Virus record (IMG/VR): IMGVR_UViG_3300025030_000061
Span: 1 to 64,000 of that record
Source: a virus
Length of the DNA: 64,000 nt
Direction: 5' to 3' (one strand)
Shown here piece by piece: positions 37,804 through 47,484 of this stretch. The position numbers were made by a program, and so were the translations under genes. Under the pieces are notes generated by a model. The model had not been told where the DNA came from and made no database searches. It saw nothing but the letters and a program-made list of their open reading frames with translations. Every line of letters starts with the position of its first letter. The stretch's first letter is position 1.

Positions 37804-39090
37804 ATGAGTACCGAAAACCACGAGCAGTTGGACGCCACGAATTCCCTGGTGAACGTGATCGAGACCGGGGACACCGAGGAGGTGGCGATGATCCTCGGGC
37901 ACAAAGAGAAAATCCGCTGTGCCGGCATCGTCCGTCCCGGCATCAAGGTCCTCAAGAAGGGCGCGAAGCCAGAGGAGATTGCAAAATTCAAACAGATGGA
38001 GGCGGAGGGGTACGGTTACGACCAGATCGATATCGCCCTGGGCGGGAAGCCGAAGACAGCCACCTCGCGTCTCTTTCCCTCCAATTCGGATTACTTCGTG
38101 GTCCGTGACTGCGACTTCAAAAAGCCCGGAGACGCGCAGTTCATTCGCAAGAATTACGCGGATCCCGACGGCAGGGTACGCCGGATCCCGGTCTGGTTTA
38201 CCCAAGGGCAAATCGACCGGGTGATGCCGCATGGCTTCAAGGCCTTCGACGGCAACGGTCATGTGCGCTGCTTCTCCTTCTACAACGAGGCCGGCGACCT
38301 CTGTTTCCGGTATGTGCCGAAGTCCGTTCCGAATCCGAAGAAGGGCCTGGTGGCCGAGGGTGGCGATTGGCTCATTCTGGACTCGGACGACGAGGCCGAG
38401 GCCGGCAAGGCGTGCGGGTACAAGGTCACCTTCGGGGGCATGTACCGGGTGAACGTCGTGGGGCTCCGCGGGCTGGAGGAGGTAATCGTTCCGACCAAGT
38501 CCTGGTATGGCCTAGGCTACTCGGTGGCGACGCTGCGCCGGGTCCGCTCCATCCTGGGGCGCTTTGATGGCCTCGTGAACGGCCAGCCGTTCTTTGAGCT
38601 CTGCAAGGTCAGCGAGGAGGTCACCACTCCCGACGGGAAAAAGCAGGACCAGTGGCTCGTCACCCTGGAGCTGTCGGTGGATCCCATCGAGCTGGCGCAG
38701 TATGCCGAACCGCAGGCGGTCGCTGCCCGCGCCAATCGCGCCATGCAGATGTTCTCCGGGGCTCCCGCTCCTGCAGCTGCTCCGGCCGCTTCGGCGTCGG
38801 GTCCTCTGTCCGATCTGCCGGCGGAGCTGGGTACCGGGGAGGCCGAGGCGGAGGCCGTCGAGCAGGTGTCTGGTCGTCGCGTGAAGCTGATGGACTATCT
38901 GGCCAAGGCTGCTAAGGCGATCGGTCTGACGGCCGAGCAGATGCACCTGTTCGTCGAGAAGCAGCGCGGAGCATCGGTTGGGTCGCTCTCCGAGGAGGTT
39001 CTGGCTGCCGTATGCGAGCAGGTTCGCACCAGCATCAAGAACGGCGCCGAGGACTTCAAGCTCAATCTGCTTGCTTCCCTGGAGCAGTAG
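37804..39090 (+). CDS. Gp3-like (recombination directionality factor-like) phage protein
   Basis: GIVRPGIK..PSNSDYFV..RRIPVWF..TKSWYG pattern; lies in the recombination module. Confidence 0.5.
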   Translation: MSTENHEQLDATNSLVNVIETGDTEEVAMILGHKEKIRCAGIVRPGIKVLKKGAKPEEIAKFKQMEAEGYGYDQIDIALGGKPKTATSRLFPSNSDYFVVRDCDFKKPGDAQFIRKNYADPDGRVRRIPVWFTQGQIDRVMPHGFKAFDGNGHVRCFSFYNEAGDLCFRYVPKSVPNPKKGLVAEGGDWLILDSDDEAEAGKACGYKVTFGGMYRVNVVGLRGLEEVIVPTKSWYGLGYSVATLRRVRSILGRFDGLVNGQPFFELCKVSEEVTTPDGKKQDQWLVTLELSVDPIELAQYAEPQAVAARANRAMQMFSGAPAPAAAPAASASGPLSDLPAELGTGEAEAEAVEQVSGRRVKLMDYLAKAAKAIGLTAEQMHLFVEKQRGASVGSLSEEVLAAVCEQVRTSIKNGAEDFKLNLLASLEQ

Positions 39091-39422
39091 CTCCCCCTGG
39101 GAGCGGTGCCGGGCTCCGGTGCCGCTCCCATCATTCGGCCTTCGGGTCTTTCCTCTGGTGTAGGCACTATTTCTTTCGGAGGTTTCAAATGAAAAACGGT
39201 ATTGATGTTTCTTTGGTAGTCGCGGCGGTTCGTCACATGGATGCGAAGGGCTCGGAGTTCTCCGATCAGATGGTTGGCGGGACGGTGGCCTTCGATCCCG
39301 ATCGGGAGCAGATCGGTTTCTTCAACGCTGATGGCGGTCTGGTCGATTCCATTTCCTACTAGGGGTTGTCTCCCCGAGCCCTCACCTGCTGCCTGGGTGG
39401 GGGCCTTTTGCCTGGAGGTTCC

Positions 39423-40700
39423 ATGTTCAAGGTCCTGCATTCCGCCGACCTGCATTTTTCCATTTCCGTCGATAAGCTGCCGGAGGTGGTCCGCACCACC
39501 GACTCCCTGCTGGTGCAGGCCAGGGCCGAGCAGCCGGACGTCATCATCCTCGCCGGGGATACTCTGGACGAGTACGATGGCCGGATCCGCCTCGACAGCG
39601 AGTGCGCTCGCGCTGCCATCTCCTTCGTGCAGCAGGCTGCCGATATTGCTCCCGTCGTGATCATCCGCGGGACCAAGAGCCACGACCGGGAGTCGCCGTA
39701 TTTCTTCGCCCACCTCCGCGGCAAGAATCCCATCCATGTCGCTACCTCGATCGAGCAGGTGGCGCTGGTCCGGCATGAACTTGGTGCACATGGTTATTTC
39801 TACGAGTGGCGTCCCCTGGCCGACCAGCACCTGGTTGAAGGTGAGCGCACGGTCGCTGCCTTCTCCCTGGTCCCCTCGCTTGATAAATCGCAGCTGCTCG
39901 CCTGTGTGGATGCGACGATCGCTGGCGGCAACATCGTTTTCCGGGAATTGGTGCACGACCTTTTTGCCGGCTTTGGGCTGGTGAATGACGCCTGCCAGTG
40001 CCCTACCTTCCTGGTGACCCATGGCATGCTGACCGGCGCCGTCTTCTCCTCGGGCCAGACCGCCGTCGGCGAGGACCTGGAGTTCGGGCTCTCCGATCTG
40101 CATGCGGCTCGCGCCAGCTATGTCGCCCTGGGGCACGTCCACAAGTTCCAGGAGTTTGTCGGCAACGTCTTTTACCCTGGCTCCCCTGGCCGTCTCAACT
40201 TCGGAGAGCAGGAGGAGAAGGGGTTCATCATGGCCGAGTTCGAGGGCCGGGTCTTCTCCGGGTATCGCTTCCTGTCGACTCCGGCGCGTCGCTTCTGCTT
40301 CGGTGCCGTCGAGTGGGACGGATCGGTCGAGACGGTCCTGGCCGAGGCTCGCCGGTTGGCTGCGGATTGCTCCGGGGCTGATGTCCGTTTCCGCTACTCC
40401 ATCCCGGAGGAGGAGCGCATGTCCGTCGATCGCTCCGCGCTCGAGTCGTTGTTCCTGGGTGCCGGCGCCAACCGCGCTAAGATCGAGATGAACGTGATCC
40501 CGAAGCAGCGCACGCGGGCGGAGGGTATCTCCAAGCTGGAGACGCTTCCCGACAAGGTGCTGTCCTGGGGCACGGTGGTCGGGGAGGAGATTCCCGCCGA
40601 CGTCCTCCTCCTGGCCGGTCGCATCGAGGGCTTGAGCTCCGAGGAGCTGCTGGCAGAGGCGCGGGCTCTGGCGATGGGGGAGGTGTCCGGTGGGAAGTAA
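39423..40700 (+). CDS. sbcD: SbcD/Mre11-like metallophosphoesterase nuclease
   Basis: HSADLH, LAGD, RGTKSHD, THG, YVALGHVH, YPGSP..FGE. Confidence 0.9.
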   Translation: MFKVLHSADLHFSISVDKLPEVVRTTDSLLVQARAEQPDVIILAGDTLDEYDGRIRLDSECARAAISFVQQAADIAPVVIIRGTKSHDRESPYFFAHLRGKNPIHVATSIEQVALVRHELGAHGYFYEWRPLADQHLVEGERTVAAFSLVPSLDKSQLLACVDATIAGGNIVFRELVHDLFAGFGLVNDACQCPTFLVTHGMLTGAVFSSGQTAVGEDLEFGLSDLHAARASYVALGHVHKFQEFVGNVFYPGSPGRLNFGEQEEKGFIMAEFEGRVFSGYRFLSTPARRFCFGAVEWDGSVETVLAEARRLAADCSGADVRFRYSIPEEERMSVDRSALESLFLGAGANRAKIEMNVIPKQRTRAEGISKLETLPDKVLSWGTVVGEEIPADVLLLAGRIEGLSSEELLAEARALAMGEVSGGK

Positions 40701-41223
40701 GGCGGATTCGGGGACTCTTAGGCTGCTTATTGCCGCGCTGTTGATTGCTAGACCGAATAAGCCGCGGGAGCTGCGTCGGTACAAGGTCCGGCCGGTCGGT
40801 CATGACGACCAGTGGTGGAGCGAGTACGTGGCCACCTCTCCCTCGCAGGCAAAGTATCGGCACTGGCAGGCTATGGATTTCTACGATTCATTCTCGGAGT
40901 GCTTCATGGCGTTCGAGGTTCGTCTCGTCCCTGGTCCCCTTTGGCCGACCACTGAAGCCTTCCGGGAAAATGCCCGGTACCGGGGGATTCCCTTCGCTTA
41001 CTGCGGCATGCGGGTGGAGGTGGCCGGGAAGCCTGGGGTGATCGTCGGTCACAACAGCTCCGCCAACCTGAATGTGCTCTTTGACGGCTGGGACCATCTG
41101 TCGAACTGCCATCCCTGGTGGAAGGTGAAATATTTCGACCGGGCCGGCGGGGTGATCGTGGAATACACGGAGGCGGACCGCGGCTGCGCGAAGGCCTACC
41201 GCGAGGGGGTGCGTCATGGGTGA
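40690..41223 (+). CDS. hypothetical phage protein
   Basis: 177-aa ORF coupled to its neighbours. Confidence 0.55.
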   Translation: MGSKADSGTLRLLIAALLIARPNKPRELRRYKVRPVGHDDQWWSEYVATSPSQAKYRHWQAMDFYDSFSECFMAFEVRLVPGPLWPTTEAFRENARYRGIPFAYCGMRVEVAGKPGVIVGHNSSANLNVLFDGWDHLSNCHPWWKVKYFDRAGGVIVEYTEADRGCAKAYREGVRHG

Positions 41224-41611
41224 GGCTCCTTTGCCGGAAAAGCTGGACAGGGAATTTGCGAGGGGGGAGTTCGGCGCTGCCGGGCTATCCTACGCGGATC
41301 TGGACCTGGTCGCGCTGCGTCTCCTGCGTCGCCTCATCAACCTGGAAATGATACGCAGCGGGCTGATGAAGTCCTCCTACCGCTGCTACCGCGGGGTGGT
41401 ATTCCAGAACGCCGGGACCGACCGGTTCTTCGCCGGGATCCGCTGCAGCGCCTTTTACTTCGATCGCCGGGAGGCCGTGAGCTTCAACCGGGACGGGTTC
41501 ATCGGCTTCGCCGGCTGGTCCGATGATACGAACGTGCAGCCGATCCTCCGGGGCTTCGTGGCCTGGGTCGGGGAGATGAAAAAAGTAAGGGAGGTGGCGG
41601 GCGATGTCTGA
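41216..41611 (+). CDS. conserved hypothetical phage protein
   Basis: YFDRREAVSFNRDGFIGFAGWSD.TNVQPI. Confidence 0.6.
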   Translation: MGEAPLPEKLDREFARGEFGAAGLSYADLDLVALRLLRRLINLEMIRSGLMKSSYRCYRGVVFQNAGTDRFFAGIRCSAFYFDRREAVSFNRDGFIGFAGWSDDTNVQPILRGFVAWVGEMKKVREVAGDV

Positions 41612-42269
41612 TCCGGTTACTGAAGAGAGCTTCTTGCGGTCGGTGTCCGGCCATGTCATGACCATCCTCGAGGAGGATGGCGTTCACCGTCGGATCCGCT
41701 TCTCGAAGCCGGATTCCTCGGATATGCACTTCTACCTGGTCACTTGGCCGGGCTACCTCTGCTACTGCGGGGATATGGGGACCTTCGTGTTCCAGCGACT
41801 GCACGATATGTTTGCCTTCTTCAGGAAGGAGTCTCCGCAAAACGTTTCTGCTCCCGATCTTGGCAAGCTGTTCATCAACACTGGATATTGGGGCGCGAAG
41901 TGCGTCGCGGTCGATAGCGTCGACGGGATCCGGGAGTACTCCCCGGATTCTTTCCGGAATGTCGTCAATGAGTGGCTGGCGGAGCAACTGGAGGATGAAG
42001 AGGACGCGGGTCTGAAGGAGGAGCTTACCGCTGCCGTTGCGGACGACCTGCTTTCCTGTGCCGAGGACGGGGAGGCTGCGGCTCGGAGTGCCGTGGACAA
42101 CTTCTGTTTCAACTGGTTCAGTCGTACCTTCGAGATCGCAGATTTCTGGGAGGCCACCTTGACCGTTAAGACCCATCGGTTCCTCTGGTGCTGCTACGCG
42201 ATCGCCTGGGGCATCCAGAAGTTTGACGAGGCGAAGGCCCACGAGGCGTCGCTGGACTCGGGCGCCTAA
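41604..42269 (+). CDS. conserved hypothetical phage protein
   Basis: TWPGYLCYCGDMGTFVF.R..DMF.FFR..FLWCCYAIAWGI. Confidence 0.65.
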   Translation: MSDPVTEESFLRSVSGHVMTILEEDGVHRRIRFSKPDSSDMHFYLVTWPGYLCYCGDMGTFVFQRLHDMFAFFRKESPQNVSAPDLGKLFINTGYWGAKCVAVDSVDGIREYSPDSFRNVVNEWLAEQLEDEEDAGLKEELTAAVADDLLSCAEDGEAAARSAVDNFCFNWFSRTFEIADFWEATLTVKTHRFLWCCYAIAWGIQKFDEAKAHEASLDSGA

Positions 42270-42668
42270 TCATTCTGAGGCCGGGTCTTTCTCCTGGTGT
42301 AGGTCATCTCGTACCAGGAGGGCATCATGGAACCTTTAACGCCGGCTGAAATCGGTTTGTTTTTCGCAGAGGGGCTTTTCACTGACGACGAGATCCGCGC
42401 CATGCTCGTTACTGCTGCAGCTGCTCGGGAGGTCTAGCCATGAATGGGCGGGAGCAGTTTGAAAATGAAATTGTGGCTTTGGTCAAGAGGCCGCATGTGT
42501 CGCAGATGGTGTCCGACATCTGCCTGGCCGTAGCTGCCTTGCACGCCGAGACGCTCTGCGCTGACGAGGTGTTCTCTCTCTGTCTCGACCTGGAGCGCTC
42601 GGGTCGCATCTCCTTCATGATGACTGCCGACGGCAGCATCACCGTTTACTAAATTTCCTGGAGGTATC

Positions 42669-45236
42669 ATGATTCTCAAGTCTATTCGTCTCCGCGGTTT
42701 TCGCGGGCTCCGCGGCCTCGGCATCCCCGAGGTCTTCCTGGATCTCTCCCAGCTCCCCGAGGAGGGACTGGTCGCCGTCTGCGGTGCCAATGGCGCCGGC
42801 AAGACGACGCTGCTGGACAACCTGCACCCCTACCGTCTGCAGCCGTTCAAAATCCGCAAGGCTCCTGGTGGCTGGTCGCCGAATGCCTTCAACTACTACG
42901 ACCAGTGCTTCGGGGCGGATGCCTGCAAAGAGTTGGTGTTCGAAATGGGGAGGCAGTTGTTCCGCTCGCTGATCCTCATCGACGCCGATCGCCGGAAACA
43001 GGAAGCTTATCTGTACCGCTGGGATGGCGGACATTGGGCGTCGCATGGCTCCAGCGACGGCAAGGTGAAAACCTATGACGAAGAGGTCGAGAAGCTCTGC
43101 GGGTCCCCGCAGCTGTTCTTCACCTCGGTCTTTCGTTGCCAGGGCGCCAAGAACCTCTCCGACTATACCCGGTCGTCGGTCCTGGCGATCATTTCGGAGC
43201 TGCTCAACGTCGATCACATCAAGGCGCAGTCAAAAAAATGCGGCGATGTCGCCGCAGGCTTGTCCTCTAGCCTGTCTTCTTTGCGTGACCGGGTGTCCGC
43301 CCTTACCTTGGAGGCCGAAGGCGCTACAGAACTTCTGGACGCGATTGCTCTCCTGGAGACGGAGTTGTCCACAAACCGGCTCGGGCTTGGTGCGGCTCGC
43401 AACGATCTGGACGAGGTTCGCCTGCTCATCACCGGGTACCGGGAAAATATCGCGGCGCAGGATTCGGAGATGGAGCGCAAGGGCCTTGTGGAGCGGTCGT
43501 TCTTCGACGAGAGGGACCGGAAGCAGTCGGCGGAGAACGAGTATTCCAATGCTCTCCTGGCGGTCGATCGTCGGATGGCCGCGTTGAAGACGGCACTGGA
43601 GGGTTGGCAGGCCAATCACGATACGCGATCCTCCCGCTTGGAGCAGGATGCCCGCACCGACCTGGACGCCATCTCGCGCCGGCGCATCGTGGCTTCCGAG
43701 TCGCACGCCTCTTGGCTGTCTCATGCCGAGACCGGTATCCAGGTCCGTATCGATCGGGCGGTGAGGATCGCCGGGGGCGCCGAGAAGATTCGAGCGCAGG
43801 TCCCGGTCGAGGAGAACCTTCAGCAGTGTCTCCGGCAGGATAAAAACCTGCTGCCGTCGCTGGAGCTGGCGCAGACGACCGCTTTCCAGGCCCACTCGAA
43901 GCATGGCCAGGATCTTAAGGTTCTCCGGCTTCGCCTCGAGGATTCCCGGAAGTCCGCCGACAACCTCAACGGCATCGATTGCACGCCGGACGAGTCGGGC
44001 TGGGTCAAGCCTTCCTGCCGGCTGATCGCTACTGCGGTTGTCGATCGGGACCGTGTCGTCACCTTGGAGGAGCAGATTGCCGCGGCCGTAGCTGGTGCTC
44101 CTGCGGTCGAATCTGCCCTGGTGCAGGCTAATGCGGATCTGGCCGATTGCCGTGCCGCGATAATCAACAACGAGGCTGCCCTGGTGGAGGCGCAGAAGTT
44201 CACGCGGCTCCTCCCGGAACTGGAGACGGCCGAGGCCAATCTTGCGGCCTGGGGCAAGGAGGTCACCGATCGTGCCGCGCAGCTTGCCTTGGAGCTGGCC
44301 GGTCTGGAGCAAGAGAAGGTGGCCCGGGAGGTGCTGTTGACCAGCGACCGGGCTATGCTGGAGGATCTGCGGGCAGAGCATCTTGGCAAGCACGATGCCG
44401 ACCTAGCGGCGATCGCATTGGAGCGGTCCCAGGCGGTTGAGAAATGGAAGGCGGATGCTCTGGCCTTCGACGGCCGCATGGATACGCTGCGCCAGCAGAT
44501 TGCCGCGTTCCCTCCGGTCGTTACCGACCTGGCCAGTCTGCTTCGCGGCGCGGTGCTCACCGAGACTGCGGGCCTTGCCTCGGTAGATGGTTTCGACAAG
44601 CGGATTCGCGAGATCGAGCTGGACATTACCGCGCAGCGGACCAAGCTGCAGGCGGCGCAGGTGAAGGGCTCCGAGCTGGCAGAACTGCAACCGCAGCTCG
44701 ACAGGTACTTGGCGCAGATCACTCGGTTCTCTCTCCTGCAGCGGGCCTGCTCTAACGATGGCATCATCTCCCTGGAGCTGGACGACGCCTCGCCGTCGAT
44801 CGCTGCCCTGGTGAACGATCTCCTTCGCGCCTGCTACGGCTCGCGCTTCACCATCCGCCTGGATACGCAGGCAGCGAAGCAGGATGGCGATATGAAGGAT
44901 GTCTTCGATATCATCGTCTTCGACTCGGAGACGGGGGAGGAGTCGTCCATCACCGAGAAAAGCGGAGGCCAAGTTACGATAATTGAAGACGCCATTACGT
45001 CTGCCATTTGTTTGTACAACATCCATCGGAGTGATCGGGTGTACGGAACTCGCTACACCGATGAACGCGATGGTGCGCTAGATCCCGAACGAAAACTGGA
45101 ATACCTCAAAGTGAAGCGAGAGGCGCTCCGTGTTGGCAGCCATAGCAGAGAGATATTTATCAGCCAAACCCCGGATCTTGTAGAGCTGGCGGACGCACGG
45201 ATAGTTCTTGCTCCTGGCGGGGTTCGTATCTGCTAG
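42669..45236 (+). CDS. sbcC: SbcC/Rad50-like SMC ATPase
   Basis: GANGAGKTT Walker A, long coiled coil, KSGGQ signature, TDERDGALD, ISQ. Confidence 0.92.
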   Translation: MILKSIRLRGFRGLRGLGIPEVFLDLSQLPEEGLVAVCGANGAGKTTLLDNLHPYRLQPFKIRKAPGGWSPNAFNYYDQCFGADACKELVFEMGRQLFRSLILIDADRRKQEAYLYRWDGGHWASHGSSDGKVKTYDEEVEKLCGSPQLFFTSVFRCQGAKNLSDYTRSSVLAIISELLNVDHIKAQSKKCGDVAAGLSSSLSSLRDRVSALTLEAEGATELLDAIALLETELSTNRLGLGAARNDLDEVRLLITGYRENIAAQDSEMERKGLVERSFFDERDRKQSAENEYSNALLAVDRRMAALKTALEGWQANHDTRSSRLEQDARTDLDAISRRRIVASESHASWLSHAETGIQVRIDRAVRIAGGAEKIRAQVPVEENLQQCLRQDKNLLPSLELAQTTAFQAHSKHGQDLKVLRLRLEDSRKSADNLNGIDCTPDESGWVKPSCRLIATAVVDRDRVVTLEEQIAAAVAGAPAVESALVQANADLADCRAAIINNEAALVEAQKFTRLLPELETAEANLAAWGKEVTDRAAQLALELAGLEQEKVAREVLLTSDRAMLEDLRAEHLGKHDADLAAIALERSQAVEKWKADALAFDGRMDTLRQQIAAFPPVVTDLASLLRGAVLTETAGLASVDGFDKRIREIELDITAQRTKLQAAQVKGSELAELQPQLDRYLAQITRFSLLQRACSNDGIISLELDDASPSIAALVNDLLRACYGSRFTIRLDTQAAKQDGDMKDVFDIIVFDSETGEESSITEKSGGQVTIIEDAITSAICLYNIHRSDRVYGTRYTDERDGALDPERKLEYLKVKREALRVGSHSREIFISQTPDLVELADARIVLAPGGVRIC

Positions 45237-45254
45237 GTTGTTGTCCGCAACAAG

Positions 45255-45289
45255 AAAACCCCCAGGGCCTCGTCGCCTTGGGGGTTTTT
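45255..45289. terminator. bidirectional rho-independent terminator
   Basis: AAAACCCCCAGGGC-CTCGTC-GCCTTGGGGGTTTTT. Confidence 0.85.
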
Positions 45290-45360
45290 GCGTTTATGGT
45301 ACCATTAACCGCAGGATGAATCGCCTCGTCACACATTTCGTCAACCTGAATTTTAGGCAT

Positions 45361-45395
45361 AAAAAAAGGGCTCAGCCCCTAGGAGCTAAACCCTT
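45361..45395 (-). terminator. terminator downstream of the tRNA fragment
   Basis: AAGGGTTTAGCTCC-TA-GGGGCTGAGCCC followed by a 7-T run on the minus strand. Confidence 0.8.
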
Positions 45396-45406
45396 GTTAT
45401 CAGTCA

Positions 45407-45459
45407 TGGTGCCGGAGGTCGGAATCGAACCGACACGGGTTGCCCCGCTGGATTTTGAG
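45407..45459 (-). pseudogene. 3' part of tRNA-Leu(CAA), from anticodon loop to CCA
   Basis: CTCAAAATCCAG-CGGGGCAACCCG-TGTCGGTTCGATTCCGAC-CTCCGGCACCA; 5' half absent. Confidence 0.9.
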
Positions 45460-45654
45460 ATATGTGCGAAATGACCCTTTCCCGGCTAACTAATTGAGTT
45501 TACAGGTACAAAATCCAATCATTATAGGTGTTTGTAAAATTATTCCGCGTCATTGAACGCCTTTAATATCGGACACTTATTACATTTTATGCCAGGTTAG
45601 CGAAGCTTGCATTCGTCAACATTTTCGTCAACTTATTCATTCGCATTGGGTGAT

Positions 45655-46170
45655 TTACGGCAGCATCGAAGCCGGGATGCTGTTATCTCCCGTGGTTAGC
45701 GCGGGTGAGGTGGTGACGGTTTTCGGCACCTCGATGGTCACGCGGTTGCCGTCTCCTGTGATGGTGCAATTAACGGTGGAACACCCATGGAGCAGTGCAA
45801 TCGCCAGAAGTGCGGCCACTTTAAACATGCCATTCTCCCGGGCTTTGCCACCCCCACAAAGCCATGTGGCCCAAAACCACCTCTTGCTCTGCCAGTAGCG
45901 CCCCTCCTCGACCAGTATGTCCTGCAGTACCTGGGAGCACTGCCAATTACTGAGAGGGGTGCCATCGTCCCACGTGCCATTCCTGCACAGTTCGTCATGC
46001 ACCCACCAGCTGCGCGACGTGATGTCCATGGCACCGGTCGCGCCGTCGCTTATCCGGTTGGCTGGGATGTTGACGGATTTGCCGTACCTGTAGGAGTAGT
46101 ATTCAAACCCTTTGTTTAACGTGTAGGTGCCGTCGTTGTTGATACTTTGGTCGATTTCGAAGCTTTTCAT
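45655..46170 (-). CDS. DUF1353-like protein with in-frame C-terminal lipoprotein-like segment
   Basis: SDGAT..WVHD; then MFKVAALLAIALLHGC lipobox. Confidence 0.6.
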   Translation of the reverse strand: MKSFEIDQSINNDGTYTLNKGFEYYSYRYGKSVNIPANRISDGATGAMDITSRSWWVHDELCRNGTWDDGTPLSNWQCSQVLQDILVEEGRYWQSKRWFWATWLCGGGKARENGMFKVAALLAIALLHGCSTVNCTITGDGNRVTIEVPKTVTTSPALTTGDNSIPASMLP

Positions 46171-46674
46171 TTGACCTCCTTCAATTCAATAATTCTATCT
46201 GTAGCCACGTGCAATTTATTTAGCGTCCGTTCTGCCGCCATTTTCAGGTCCAGACTGACCGATTCGCCGTGAACGAGGTATGCAAGGTTTGCCGCTGCGG
46301 TGATTGCATCAACAATCGATCTCATGGCGACTCCTATTTCTGCGCAGCCTCGTTTCGTTGTCGGCAGTTGCGGCACTCCACCGGATTGCGTTTACGGCAA
46401 GGATCCGATCCCGGCTGGTGGATACAATGCCCCATGGCATAGCTGCAATACACCCCACCGCGTGTGCCGTAACTCTCCAGCATCTTGATGCGCTGGCTAT
46501 CCTCCATGCGTCACCTCCTCACATCAAATCGCATCTCTGCGCCAACATTCCACGCCGTTGTCCCCTCGCGGAACAGCTCCGAGGTCTGCCGGCCAACTGA
46601 AGCGCGGTAGGTCGTGCCTGAGAGCACCTGAGAGCATGCCGGGAGGGTGCAGACGACAAGGATCAGCAGGATCC

Positions 46675-47301
46675 TCATTTGTGGGCCATCGCTTCATACT
46701 CATGCACGCTGCGCGTCACTTCGACTTTCATCCGCCTCGCCCACGTGTCCAGGAACTGCATCTGTGCCGGGTTGTGGTCTACGATCTGGATGTACCGGCC
46801 ATGCGTCAAGCCGACTAGATGAACGAAGAGTAGCGTTTGATCTACCTCGTTCAACCGCTTCACTGTCCCCCTACCGATGTTGCCGTCTACAGCAATGGGC
46901 GGTCTCGGCCATCCGGCGTAGTTGATCGATCGCTGTAAGATCCTCGCAGCGGTCCCTTGGCCCTGGTTGACTGCCCAGCCAAAATAGACGTTGGCGATGA
47001 TCTGTGAGCGCCACTCGTCGCAGCGGGAAGCGCCCCAGAAATCGTTGCGGTAGATGAACGCGGCCCGGTCCATGGTGAGGTTGCGGATGTCCTCTCGGGG
47101 ATAGCTGGATGCGGCGACGCCATACTTTGTCCCCCGGAGCTCGCCATTGCCAATAGCGCCACCGGTCCAGTTGCCCCGGTCGCCGCGCATGTTCTGGTAT
47201 CCACCCTCATGGGCAAAGGTCGCCTTGAGTGCCGGCCGAATATCAGCGGCATGGGCGGGTACGGCAAACATCATCAGCATCATTAAAATCAAGATACGCA
47301 T
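46675..47301 (-). CDS. endolysin, glycoside hydrolase family 108, with signal peptide
   Basis: HEGGY..D.G..TKYGV..LT.DRAAFIYRNDFW..VDGNIG; N-terminal MRILILMMLMMFAVPAHA. Confidence 0.9.
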   Translation of the reverse strand: MRILILMMLMMFAVPAHAADIRPALKATFAHEGGYQNMRGDRGNWTGGAIGNGELRGTKYGVAASSYPREDIRNLTMDRAAFIYRNDFWGASRCDEWRSQIIANVYFGWAVNQGQGTAARILQRSINYAGWPRPPIAVDGNIGRGTVKRLNEVDQTLLFVHLVGLTHGRYIQIVDHNPAQMQFLDTWARRMKVEVTRSVHEYEAMAHK

Positions 47302-47484
47302 ACTTCCTCCTCGCTTAGTTCATTCCTCAATCCAATCCGACAGGCACCGGCACAGGTAGTGGAGGTGCGGCTTGCTCGACTGTGCGGTGTTACACCAGCC
47401 GCACCATTGGCCGTCCGGCTCATGGAACACCGGGGTGACCAGCGCTCCGCATGTCGGGCATTCCGCAGGTTCCACGATTGCCTC

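Larger units (their letters stand above)
981..42290. promoter_or_regulatory. dispersed bipartite motif TCATTCTG-N8-(G/T)CTT(A/T) (12 copies found by eye)
   Basis: Octamer at 994, 4981, 6089, 8217, 11193, 13445, 16455 (minus strand) and 27840, 32384, 36297, 39131, 42270 (plus strand). Confidence 0.8.
45325..45632. other. attP-like site: tRNA-Leu(CAA) 3' fragment core with arm-type repeats
   Basis: Core 45407..45459 (minus strand); TTCGTCAAC at 45337, 45612 and 45624, degenerate CTCGTCACA at 45325. Confidence 0.8.

Noticed and set aside
706-44767. Long antisense ORFs (e.g. 706-2127, 8758-10143, 16722-18122, 21678-23135, 32202-34136, 38895-40784)
   Set aside because: Shadow frames of GC-rich genes on the opposite strand, with no recognisable motifs.
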